Part shown: in pieces, positions 1 through 8,282 of the stretch
Layout of the letters: every line of letters starts with the position of its first letter
Position numbering within the stretch: the stretch's first letter is position 1
Virus record (IMG/VR): IMGVR_UViG_3300017747_002536
Coordinates: 1 to 44,445 of that record
Direction: 5' to 3' (one strand)
DNA length: 44,445 bases
Origin: a virus
Taxonomy: Duplodnaviria > Caudoviricetes
The notes under the pieces: model-generated
Databases searched by the model: none
What the model was told of the DNA's origin: nothing
Seen by the model: only the letters and a program-made list of their open reading frames with translations
Made by a program: the position numbers and the translations under genes

Positions 1-123
1 AAGTCTGCGAAGGGACCGAATGTCTTCTTCAGCTCAGGCAGGAACTTACGGGCAAGTAGCTTGTAGGTCGAACTGAACGCGCCGTAATCACCAGGGCCGC
101 ACCGCTGTATCTCTCTCAGTAGC
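1..123. repeat. terminal overlap, identical to 44323-44445 (assembly circularisation)
   Basis: AAGTCTGCGAAGGG...CTCTCTCAGTAGC is present at both ends; the terL frame is continuous across the join. Confidence 0.95.
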
Positions 124-314
124 CAAGGGGCAAGAAAGACCGTCTTACCTGACTGCCAGCCCGCGCAGATAGCAATGACCGCCGCCGCGCACTCCCAAGC
201 CTCTGCCTGTCCGCTGTGGAACCACGTTGGCATCGCCTCCGCGTCATACGTCGGTTTGGCAGGCTGCCACCGCGCCAAGGCCCTTGCCTCGACTTCATCT
301 AGTGACAGGGCCAA
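1..314 (-). CDS. terL: terminase large subunit, N-terminal part (continues at 44322 down to 43290; about 448 aa in total)
   Basis: Manual translation from TTG at 314: LALSLDEVEARA...FHSGQAEAW...IAICAGWQSGKT (Walker A)...FGPFADF, joining RAGDMQFVFTE across the junction; missed by the ORF track. Confidence 0.9.
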   Translation of the reverse strand, partial: MALSLDEVEARALARWQPAKPTYDAEAMPTWFHSGQAEAWECAAAVIAICAGWQSGKTVFLAPWLLREIQRCGPGDYGAFSSTYKLLARKFLPELKKTFGPFAD

Positions 315-317
315 GGG

Positions 318-686
318 TTAGTCCACCAAGCCGAGTTCGTACTGATTGTGAAGCCTGTTGAATTCCCTTATCGCCGCGAAGACCTTGGGATAAAACTCAA
401 GCGGAACCGTGAATGAGTCTGCAAACTGATTCTCTACCGTCAGATCGGGGGCAGACTTATTGTCGGGTATCCGAATCCATGCCCCATTCCATTCAATCTT
501 GCCCTGCTCCCCATCGCGCATATGCGTGAGCATGAACCCGCACCCAGCGGATCGGTCGAACCAGTCGAACGGGAATTCTCGCGCAGACTCGCACCCTACA
601 GACAAGTCACGGCAGAATGACAGGCGAATCGTATCGTTGCCGATGTCCGTAGCGAAGAACACCAACTTGCGCCGCTTCTGGTTCAT
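318..686 (-). CDS. hypothetical protein between terS and terL
   Basis: 122 aa ORF tightly packed in the operon. Confidence 0.6.
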   Translation of the reverse strand: MNQKRRKLVFFATDIGNDTIRLSFCRDLSVGCESAREFPFDWFDRSAGCGFMLTHMRDGEQGKIEWNGAWIRIPDNKSAPDLTVENQFADSFTVPLEFYPKVFAAIREFNRLHNQYELGLVD

Positions 687-689
687 CTG

Positions 690-1079
690 CTAATCCCCCT
701 GCCAATTCTCAGGCAGTCGTTCTTTCACAAGGGCCTGTAACTCTGCCAGAACAACAGGGCCCAACTTCTCCCCGACGCAATCCGCCCAGGCGTCGTACAC
801 AACCGCGTTGTTAAGCGTGATGGTCTGCTCATGCTGTTTCGGGACGCCAAGGTCTGAGAGAGTGCGACAGGCGGCAACAACCGTGCCTTCTGAACTCGCG
901 TTGTTCTCAATGATCGACAGGAGCTTCGGTAGCCCAGCGTCCTCTAGAATCTCACGGGCCTTGAGCCTGATTCGGTTAGGGGGTCTGCCGCCGCCAGGGT
1001 TGCCAGGAGTGCCGCCTGAGTTTAAGAACCCACCGCGAGGCTGAGGCACTTTGGTAGGTGCTTGTGCCTCTTTCGCCAT
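690..1079 (-). CDS. terS: terminase small subunit (putative)
   Basis: N-terminal GTPGNPGGGRP motif typical of TerS-like proteins, helical body, upstream of terL. Confidence 0.7.
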   Translation of the reverse strand: MAKEAQAPTKVPQPRGGFLNSGGTPGNPGGGRPPNRIRLKAREILEDAGLPKLLSIIENNASSEGTVVAACRTLSDLGVPKQHEQTITLNNAVVYDAWADCVGEKLGPVVLAELQALVKERLPENWQGD

Positions 1080-1105
1080 TTCGTTGTTATCCCGTAGTTT
1101 TTAGG

Positions 1106-1363
1106 TTAGAGCTTCACGTTCACGCGGATGGCCTTTCCGTTCGTATCAAGGGCAATCCATTCACCCTTGTAGAAGGTCTGCCACTTATGATCTACATCGC
1201 ATAGCGGCAAGCCGTCTGCCTTTTCCTCAGCCAACTCTTTGCGCCTTGCTTCATCTGCGCGGTACTGATCTTCACAGTATCGGGCAAGGCTATCGCGCCG
1301 CTCTTCCAACTGTGCTAGCAATTCTGGGATGTCAGGCATTATCGTCGTCAGGGGAGTCGTCAA
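1106..1363 (-). CDS. hypothetical protein
   Basis: In-operon ORF with coiled-coil-like N-terminal half. Confidence 0.55.
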   Translation of the reverse strand: MTTPLTTIMPDIPELLAQLEERRDSLARYCEDQYRADEARRKELAEEKADGLPLCDVDHKWQTFYKGEWIALDTNGKAIRVNVKL

Positions 1364-1547
1364 TCATCACGTTCGGTGGAGACATGAGGTAAGTCACTCC
1401 GGGCGGACAAAGCGGGTCGAACATCTTGGGTGTATCCCTCAGCTGAGTCCATGCAGGATGCGGCAGATGCCCAACTTGGCTGTCCACGATACGCATACAC
1501 GCCTCAAAGGGAGACTCGTCGAATATGGGCTTGAAGTTGTCAGCCAT
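1332..1547 (-). CDS. hypothetical protein
   Basis: ATG preceded by AGGG, in operon orientation. Confidence 0.5.
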   Translation of the reverse strand: MADNFKPIFDESPFEACMRIVDSQVGHLPHPAWTQLRDTPKMFDPLCPPGVTYLMSPPNVMIDDSPDDDNA

Positions 1548-1559
1548 ATCCCTATTCTA

Positions 1560-1928
1560 CTAGAACCGATACCCAACGCCAACCACAAAAGCCGCTCTGC
1601 CAATCGCCGGACCATTCTGCGTGATGAACCCATAGCCCGACAAGCCAGCGTAAGCCCTGAGCCCCTCTGTTGCGTACTGAGCGTAAGCCGAGCCGTAGAG
1701 ACCATAGACCGGGGTGTTGTCACCGACTCTCGTACCAATGGCAGGACCAGCACCGATGAACCAGCCTAGCTTGCCAACCTGTGACACCTTGGACTTGAGG
1801 ATGGTAGCGGATACCAACTGGTATTGAGCGTTGTCAAAAGACCATGCGTATTCCCAACGGAGTTCTGGCTCTTGGGCAAACGTGGTAGCTGACGCAATCG
1901 CGGCAATGGCGGTTAATGTGTTTCTCAT
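1560..1928 (-). CDS. exported small outer-membrane beta-strand protein (putative)
   Basis: Sec signal MRNTLTAIAAIASATTFA/Q, amphipathic Gly/aromatic strands, C-terminal beta-signal VGVGYRF. Confidence 0.6.
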   Translation of the reverse strand: MRNTLTAIAAIASATTFAQEPELRWEYAWSFDNAQYQLVSATILKSKVSQVGKLGWFIGAGPAIGTRVGDNTPVYGLYGSAYAQYATEGLRAYAGLSGYGFITQNGPAIGRAAFVVGVGYRF

Positions 1929-2164
1929 AATGTCTTTCTCTTGGACTTCTTCTTCATCGCATCTTCAAGGCTCTTGGCCTCTTGCTCAGAAGTAGCGTCT
2001 AGCGTCTCAATCGTCGAACGCACCCGAGTCAGCACTTCATCCACGCTTAGGCAGATGTGTTGCTTCATCAGGTACTCCCCGTCCTCATCACACTCGCAAG
2101 CCGCCTCGACAAGATACCCGCCGTTGATGACCGCGACTTTGATGACTGGATAGCATTCGATCAT
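1925..2164 (-). CDS. hypothetical protein
   Basis: ATGA overlaps with both neighbours; INGGYLV motif. Confidence 0.55.
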   Translation of the reverse strand: MIECYPVIKVAVINGGYLVEAACECDEDGEYLMKQHICLSVDEVLTRVRSTIETLDATSEQEAKSLEDAMKKKSKRKTL

Positions 2165-2958
2165 AAACCTTGCTTCCACTTCACGCTGTCATGCGCGAAC
2201 GAGTGAATCCGTGTCTCTGCCGACCAGTTAGGCTTTGCCATGAGTTTGCGGCCAGCCCTGAGCCCATCGGCGTGAACTTCACCAACGACTACGCCGCGTC
2301 CCCACTCCGCCATACTCATGCGTTCCATGTAGTAGCAGCGGTCGAAGTCTATGCCTGTGCCGGGGTTCGCGTACCAGTAAGGCAAGTAGCCCTTGCGCTC
2401 TTTGCATTGCGTGACAGGTTGCGGACGGTGCGTGTGCCCTGAGATATAAAGACCATAAGGGGCCGCGTACTGATATGCCGCGTCTTGTGGGGCCTTCTCA
2501 GTCAGCGCGCAACCGTGAGCAAATGTCACTTGCCCTAGATTCCAGTTCTTCCGATGTCCGTAGTTCTCAATGACGTGCCAATCGGCTAGCTCCTTAGCCA
2601 GCCCATCGTTGTTTCGCCAGTTCGCTACTTCGCGGATGTCATCAGGTAATCGGTCAGCATGGATGCCGAATAAATTGTCATCGTGGTTCCCGTATAGCCA
2701 AACCTTGAGAGAGTCAGGACTCGCCGCCCTTATCGCTTGTGCTTGTTCTAGGACCGATCGGTGTTCATCGAACAGACTCCACTTCTGCCTCGGGTCTCTG
2801 GCGTGTCTTGAGCCAGCTAGCCCTTCGTACCAGTCGCCAAGGTTGATGATGACGTGGGGTTTGAATTCCTCGATCTGCTCAATGAGCCAGTTGAAGAACG
2901 GTTTATGGGTGATAGGATTGTGGAGGCAACTCGGAGCGAGGAACCGATAAACCGCCAT
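2161..2958 (-). CDS. calcineurin-like metallophosphoesterase
   Basis: Motifs SCLH (variant DxH), LGDW, GNHD, AHG and GHTH in canonical order. Confidence 0.85.
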   Translation of the reverse strand: MAVYRFLAPSCLHNPITHKPFFNWLIEQIEEFKPHVIINLGDWYEGLAGSRHARDPRQKWSLFDEHRSVLEQAQAIRAASPDSLKVWLYGNHDDNLFGIHADRLPDDIREVANWRNNDGLAKELADWHVIENYGHRKNWNLGQVTFAHGCALTEKAPQDAAYQYAAPYGLYISGHTHRPQPVTQCKERKGYLPYWYANPGTGIDFDRCYYMERMSMAEWGRGVVVGEVHADGLRAGRKLMAKPNWSAETRIHSFAHDSVKWKQGL

Positions 2959-2967
2959 AGGCTCACG

Positions 2968-3174
2968 CTATAAAAACACCGCTGTCTTGGTCTGCTCTAC
3001 CGCATCCGCGCCCGTCAGGACACCGGATACGATCATCACGTACCGAGCTAACGCAAGACGCCAATCAAACTTTGTGTCAGGGTCCAACGCTTGAGCCTTT
3101 ACGTACTTCGTGTAGTCGTAAGCAATCGCCGTAACGAGTGCGCCAACGGCTAGGAGAAACTGTTTCTTGGTCAT
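2968..3174 (-). CDS. putative holin
   Basis: 68 aa with two hydrophobic segments and FDWRLA, next to the endolysin. Confidence 0.6.
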   Translation of the reverse strand: MTKKQFLLAVGALVTAIAYDYTKYVKAQALDPDTKFDWRLALARYVMIVSGVLTGADAVEQTKTAVFL

Positions 3175-3422
3175 CGTGGGGTCTCCACATTCACGCCTAG
3201 CTTCTGACCGATCACGGCAATGTTTCTGTCCATGCGATTGATAGAATCCTCTTGCTGCGCCTGCTTATCCTTGAGTTCCTTAGCCGTGGTCTGAGTGTTC
3301 AGAATGTCGTTCTTAACCTGCGTGAAGATCGCGCCAGCACTGACCGCCCCCCCAAGGACAATCACGCCAACGGACAACAGTAGGTGCCACACTCGTAGCG
3401 GTCGTTCTAGCTTTGGGCTCAT
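3171..3422 (-). CDS. membrane-anchored lysis-cassette protein (holin/antiholin-like)
   Basis: One TM helix (WHLLLSVGVIVLGGAVSAGAIF) plus a coiled coil, directly after the endolysin. Confidence 0.5.
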   Translation of the reverse strand: MSPKLERPLRVWHLLLSVGVIVLGGAVSAGAIFTQVKNDILNTQTTAKELKDKQAQQEDSINRMDRNIAVIGQKLGVNVETPR

Positions 3423-3425
3423 AGG

Positions 3426-3929
3426 TCAAATCCAAGAATGATTCTCGTTTGGTCGCCACGGTGTCAGATTGAGTGACTGGGCAACGGCAAGGAGAAACTT
3501 CCAGTTAAACGGGTCGGTCTTACGCCTCGGGGCGATAAGCCTGTGAGTCGTCAGCCATTTGATCGTCGGGTACGCCTGCTTAATCAAGCGGCATAAGTCG
3601 ATCATCGCCTGCTCTTGCTCGTTGGTGTATGGTTCGCCGTCGTTCTTGTTGGCAAAGCACACGCCGATAGAGTAGCCGTTGACGTTCGCCCCTTCTGGCC
3701 CTATGCTCTTACCTGCATGGTAGGCAACTCTGGCCGGAGGCCCCACAGGTACACACTTGTAGATCGTGCCGTCCCGGTCGATGATGAAGTGATAACTCAG
3801 CCCGATCTTCTTGAGCCAGTTGATACTTGAAAGTGCCGAAGCCCCTGCCGATGCGTGAACCACAATCGTGGAAGGTGGCCTACCCATCAAGCGAGATGGT
3901 AACCAGTTCAGGACTTTCTTGATGACCAT
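3426..3929 (-). CDS. endolysin, N-acetylmuramoyl-L-alanine amidase (Amidase_2 type)
   Basis: IVVHASA, SYHFIIDRDG, AYHAG, SIGVCF, THRLIAPRRKTDP zinc-amidase motifs. Confidence 0.9.
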   Translation of the reverse strand: MVIKKVLNWLPSRLMGRPPSTIVVHASAGASALSSINWLKKIGLSYHFIIDRDGTIYKCVPVGPPARVAYHAGKSIGPEGANVNGYSIGVCFANKNDGEPYTNEQEQAMIDLCRLIKQAYPTIKWLTTHRLIAPRRKTDPFNWKFLLAVAQSLNLTPWRPNENHSWI

Positions 3930-4202
3930 AATGAGTCTTGATGCTAGATCGTGATCGTCGGCACCGTGATCTGTTCTATGCCCTATCCGAGTCGTTCCCG
4001 GTTAGGCTTGGAGTGTTTCGCCTCTGCCTCTGGTGTTGGGCTTGGCTAATGTCTCGAAAGTGAGTCCCCGACTTACCCTTGGGCCGCGAACGGCACCGGA
4101 AGTTGTCTAACAGACTGGCGCGAGGACGACTTGTGGCCGGAGCGACCGACCTAAAACGACATAACCCCATCTGCGCGGAGTTGGCGCAAAAAGGGTTAGG
4201 CA

Positions 4203-4239
4203 ACAATACAGACGCACTTCCCCGGCGGAAAGTTTCCGC
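4203..4239 (-). promoter_or_regulatory. candidate late promoter with palindrome over the -35
   Basis: GCGGAAA-G-TTTCCGC palindrome at 4225-4239; TTTCCG-17 nt-TATTGT on the minus strand; lies between the Q-like gene and the lysis genes. Confidence 0.35.
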
Positions 4240-4250
4240 AATTCCTAATT

Positions 4251-4607
4251 TCATAGGACTTCACTCTCTGCCACGTGCATCAGCTCTAGCTTTAATTCCG
4301 CTAAGTCCGCCCGCCCTCTGGCTATCGCGTTCTGATTGTCGAACGTGCTTTCGCTGCGGTTGCGCGCCACGACGTGGATCAGGTACCGCACGGACTCACG
4401 GATGTTGAGCCGCCCTATTGCGGCCTCGACGGTTAAGTAATCGGCTTGGACATCGCGGCACTCGCCAACAGTCCGGTCGTATGTTATTGCCTTGATGTTC
4501 GGTGTCCCATCCAGACGCTTCGATGCCCACCCATTCAGTATCGAATTCATCTCCGCCCGTACTCTCGCTTCCCGTAGTTTTTGTTCTTCCATGCTTGCCG
4601 TCACCAT
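4251..4607 (-). CDS. putative late-gene regulator (antiterminator Q-like)
   Basis: Last gene of the replication operon before a long leader and the lysis genes; ILNGWA and VEAAIGRL resemble Q-family segments. Confidence 0.4.
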   Translation of the reverse strand: MVTASMEEQKLREARVRAEMNSILNGWASKRLDGTPNIKAITYDRTVGECRDVQADYLTVEAAIGRLNIRESVRYLIHVVARNRSESTFDNQNAIARGRADLAELKLELMHVAESEVL

Positions 4608-4803
4608 CTCTGCTCACCACGAACCCTGCCTGAGTAAAAACTATTTCGTCCCGCTCGCAGTCGTAAGCCCGCCAGCCATCGACCGTCCGCTCAAACCGCA
4701 CTAAGTACCGCCCGACTTCTTCCGTATGCCAATGCCCGCGCCACTTGCCCCTAGTCGCAAGCAGGGCCGAGACTGCCGCTTCAATCTCGTAAGGGATGTT
4801 CAC
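4396..4803 (-). CDS. hypothetical protein (3' part overlaps the next gene)
   Basis: GTGA coupling to the upstream gene; protein-like N-terminal half. Confidence 0.45.
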   Translation of the reverse strand: MNIPYEIEAAVSALLATRGKWRGHWHTEEVGRYLVRFERTVDGWRAYDCERDEIVFTQAGFVVSRDGDGKHGRTKTTGSESTGGDEFDTEWVGIEASGWDTEHQGNNIRPDCWRVPRCPSRLLNRRGRNRAAQHP

Positions 4804-5180
4804 GCAAACACCGCCTCATCCGCCTTGCCCTCAAACTCGAACAGCCCACGCGCCTCGTCCATCAGCTCATCCCCCGCCATAAGGAGCCCCGCGCCGTCTA
4901 CGCGAACACACTCATCAATAAGCGTTAGCGCATTAGCCGCGCACCACGCACGTATCTCGTCCTGCCCCTTGGCAATCGCTGCTTCCATCTCATCCATAAG
5001 AGTTTCCATCTTTTCATCTCTGCCATAACGACTAGCGGCCCGCCGCAATCTTGCCATGTCACGTACCCAGTCTTCTTGTGTGCGGTAATCACTTAGCCAG
5101 TCGTTTCCGCTTTCGCCGTTATTTACCGGCTGACTCTCCGCCGCCGGGTCTGCCTGTAATAGCAAGTTATCTAGTTTCAT
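4800..5180 (-). CDS. hypothetical protein
   Basis: GGAG RBS before ATG; 126 aa. Confidence 0.6.
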   Translation of the reverse strand: MKLDNLLLQADPAAESQPVNNGESGNDWLSDYRTQEDWVRDMARLRRAASRYGRDEKMETLMDEMEAAIAKGQDEIRAWCAANALTLIDECVRVDGAGLLMAGDELMDEARGLFEFEGKADEAVFA

Positions 5181-5209
5181 TTGTTCTCCGAACCCTCTTA
5201 AAATGCTCT

Positions 5210-5342
5210 GTGACGATGTGACGATAGATGTAGTGATCTGATAAGCTCTAGAACCAGAGCAAAAAATCCAAAAAAAGTTCCAGATTTCGGCTTTTTATCG
5301 TCACCAGACTCAAACTATCGTCACACTTCATCACATCGTCAC
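5210..5342. promoter_or_regulatory. putative replication origin with convergent iterons
   Basis: GTGACGAT at 5210 and 5218; inverted ATCGTCAC at 5297, 5317 and 5335; A-tract core between them; directly after the primase-helicase stop. Confidence 0.7.
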
Positions 5343-5347
5343 CGTTT

Positions 5348-7738
5348 TTACGACCTTCCCCACCCGAGTTTCAGCTCCTCTCCACGCACAGAAAGCTCCA
5401 TTCCGGCGACCTTCACCCCGTCCCGGCTCTTCTGGCAGTCCCAACCGCGCTCCCGTAATCGACCGATCATTGTCCTGTTAGGCATAACATAGTTTTGACC
5501 ATTCACGGAACACCAACGCTGGTAAACATTGTACAGATCGCTTGCCAGCAAAGGCGAACAACTATTGCAATCGGTAGTACATTCATTCAGGAAAGCTCCC
5601 AGAGTATCCATGTCCTCACGGTACTCATCCGTTGCACTTGAAACCTTGTCAGGGGTTACCAATCCATGCTCAACGTAATGGCGGTAGCCGTGTACCATGA
5701 GTCCAAGGATTCCGCTAGCCTCTTTGTCCATCTTGTCAGCCAGTTGCTTGTCGATTTGGCTACCCTCAAAGGTTCGCTCAAAAGGAATGAGCCGCATACG
5801 TCGCCAGATACCGTCATCGTTGCCGCGAACCACGGGCTTATGGTTGCCGCGAACCCACAGCACCCACGTCTGCTCGTAGGAGTATTCGTCCTTGTAGAGC
5901 TGCCGAACCGTCACCCGGTCGCGCTTGTCAAGTGCGCCCTTCACCCAGTCCTCACTCCACTTAGCACCCTCGCTGGTTTCCGTCACGGAGATGATCCGTT
6001 TCCCTCTTGCCTGCGCCAGCCCAGTCGTATCCTTGTGCCCCATCCCGCGCTTGTCAAACACGACCTCAGAGGACAGAACCCCGGCGTAGGGGCCGAGTGC
6101 CTTCATCGCGGCGTTGAGCATGATAGATTTGCCGTTGCTGCCGGAGCCGTAGAGGAAGAAAAGGCATTGCTCATTGAGCGTTCCGCAAAGGGAATAGCCA
6201 AGGGCGGTGAAGAAGTAGTTCACCATTGCCATATCGCCGTCGAAGACCTCAACCGCCGTGTTGTAGTAAAGGTCCGAACCGTAACCCGGCTCGTACTCGG
6301 TGTCCATCACGATAGTCATGTAGTCCTCTCGGTTCCAGGGAAGGAGTTCCCCGGTAGTGAGGTTGATCGTGCCGTTGGCGGCGTTGAGTAAGTTGAGCTG
6401 AGTGTCAAAAACCCCGGAAGCGACCGCGCACCCTGGCACGGACTTGATGAGTTCGACCATGTTGGCGATACGGGAACGACTCTCGCACTTAATCGCCCAC
6501 TTCGCCAACGCTCCCCGGTCTTCCGCTCTCGGAAGTTCTGAGGCGTCGGCGTACATCCGGCGGACGGTTTCAACCGCCATCCATATAGCCCGTTCCCCGC
6601 CGCCTACCTCAAGGTTCCACCGCTTGCCGTCCCAGATAACAAACTGTTTCCATTCCGGCACCCATCTCAGGTCTCGCCCGAGCCATGCCCACATCCGTTC
6701 CGCGTTGCCAATGTCGGTAAGCGCAAAAGTAGCGGGCTCCTTCGGCATGACCTCGACCTGGACCGCTGCCTCAACAGTTGCGACCACCTCTGGCCGGAAC
6801 CGGATAACTCCGAGCTGTTCCGCAAGTGCCTTAGTCGCCGCCCCATAATCCCCGCCGTGCTTTGTGATCGCTATGTAATGGAACTTCGAGTGCAAACCTT
6901 CCGGCACAGGGGCGTTAGTGGAAAAGACATAGAGTAAGTCCTGCCCACCGCGACCGAGGCCCGTAACCCCGCCGACTTGCTTACCATCCTTGCCGGGTCT
7001 GCGGTAGTAACCCCGCCCGCCGTGGTCGTAAATGTGGAGCCAGCCATCTCGTTCGAGCAGATCACGCCATACCAACTCTGTGTTAGCAACATCGCCGGGC
7101 CTATCTCCTTCCCCTGCTTTGCGGGGCTTATCATGCGGCATTGCCTCGGGCACCGTCCGCTCAGGGGCCATATCAAGCGTCCGCGCCATCGTCAGGATTT
7201 GCGCGACTCGTTCCGCATCCCAGACAGGCACCTTATCCAGCCCACCGCTTAACCACTCATAGCCGGGGGTAGGAGGGGCGTAGACGAGTCCCCCTTGCCC
7301 CCGCGTCTCTATCGCTATCTGTATCTCGCCCGAGTCCCCGTCTACATCGTGAGCGAGTTTCTGATTCGGCGGAACCTCCCCGCCCTTCATCCTTATATAA
7401 AGGTGATAACCGCCCGATGGGGTCCGCACGACGGCTGGGAAACTTAGGCGTGGCCAGTTCTTCCGCAAGAGGTCAAGGAATAGCTCGTAGTAGGACGGGA
7501 CATCTATGTCGATAACCAGCAGATTCCCGCTGGCACTTCCGCAGATAGTTGCCATCCCCGGCACCCCGGCAAATTCCTTCGCCGCTACGTCCTGCGGCAT
7601 TGCTTCCGCCTGGTAAGTGCGCCACTTGTACGTGTAGTTCTTACTGCCGTCCTGCCAACCGTCTAGGATGGCTTGTGAGATGGGCGTGACGGAGTAGCCG
7701 CTAGATAATGCGCTGTTCCAGAAAGTCACTCCCCCCAC
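5348..7738 (-). CDS. bifunctional primase-polymerase fused to D5/P4-family SF3 helicase
   Basis: Prim-Pol motifs VIDID, TPSGGYHLY and RGQGGLVYAPP; D5_N TDIGNAER; Walker A GSGSNGKS; GNHKP; GIWRRMRLIPF. Confidence 0.92.
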   Translation of the reverse strand: MGGVTFWNSALSSGYSVTPISQAILDGWQDGSKNYTYKWRTYQAEAMPQDVAAKEFAGVPGMATICGSASGNLLVIDIDVPSYYELFLDLLRKNWPRLSFPAVVRTPSGGYHLYIRMKGGEVPPNQKLAHDVDGDSGEIQIAIETRGQGGLVYAPPTPGYEWLSGGLDKVPVWDAERVAQILTMARTLDMAPERTVPEAMPHDKPRKAGEGDRPGDVANTELVWRDLLERDGWLHIYDHGGRGYYRRPGKDGKQVGGVTGLGRGGQDLLYVFSTNAPVPEGLHSKFHYIAITKHGGDYGAATKALAEQLGVIRFRPEVVATVEAAVQVEVMPKEPATFALTDIGNAERMWAWLGRDLRWVPEWKQFVIWDGKRWNLEVGGGERAIWMAVETVRRMYADASELPRAEDRGALAKWAIKCESRSRIANMVELIKSVPGCAVASGVFDTQLNLLNAANGTINLTTGELLPWNREDYMTIVMDTEYEPGYGSDLYYNTAVEVFDGDMAMVNYFFTALGYSLCGTLNEQCLFFLYGSGSNGKSIMLNAAMKALGPYAGVLSSEVVFDKRGMGHKDTTGLAQARGKRIISVTETSEGAKWSEDWVKGALDKRDRVTVRQLYKDEYSYEQTWVLWVRGNHKPVVRGNDDGIWRRMRLIPFERTFEGSQIDKQLADKMDKEASGILGLMVHGYRHYVEHGLVTPDKVSSATDEYREDMDTLGAFLNECTTDCNSCSPLLASDLYNVYQRWCSVNGQNYVMPNRTMIGRLRERGWDCQKSRDGVKVAGMELSVRGEELKLGWGRS

Positions 7739-8277
7739 CTCTCAACAAACTCGTATCGCCCGCTCTTGTTCTTCTCCCACCCCATCACAACGAACCGTGC
7801 GCCACTTGCAAGCCAGTTCTTATAAGCCGGGGCGGCTTGCGCCTTCTTCATGCGCTCCGACATATGTGACTTGCTTGTCATCTGCACACCGACGATTCCG
7901 TCAGGGCCAACCGCAAGAGCGTCAATGAAGCCGAACAGGTCGTTCTTTCGTCCGGCAAATGCGTTGTAATGCTCGACAATCTCAAAGCTGTATCCTCGGT
8001 CCTTCCAGACCTCTTTTGTCCGCTCGTTGTAGTTGGCTTGCGGCTTGCCTTTCCTCTCTTTCGAGCGGGCCTTTAACTCGGCCTTCTCTCTCTCTGGTTC
8101 GCTCATATTCACCACCCGCCTCGCGTGTTCCGCAAGCGCAGCCCGCGCCCGATCCTTGTAAACATCAGCCGGGTTAGGGTCAAGAAAAACAGAGTCATCT
8201 GCGACTGGCATTTTTGCCGTGTTATCCATATCAAGTTCAAAAAATCCCCCCTCCGTCTTGGAAGGGGGCAGGGTCAT
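7726..8277 (-). CDS. PD-(D/E)xK nuclease, Holliday-junction-resolvase/VRR-NUC-like
   Basis: DLFGFIDALAV...GVQMTS motif; coupled to the primase gene. Confidence 0.6.
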   Translation of the reverse strand: MTLPPSKTEGGFFELDMDNTAKMPVADDSVFLDPNPADVYKDRARAALAEHARRVVNMSEPEREKAELKARSKERKGKPQANYNERTKEVWKDRGYSFEIVEHYNAFAGRKNDLFGFIDALAVGPDGIVGVQMTSKSHMSERMKKAQAAPAYKNWLASGARFVVMGWEKNKSGRYEFVERWGE

Positions 8278-8282
8278 GCCGA

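Noticed and set aside
116-298. 60-aa ORF from the track
   Set aside because: Wrong frame; the overlapping frame carries the terminase Walker A motif
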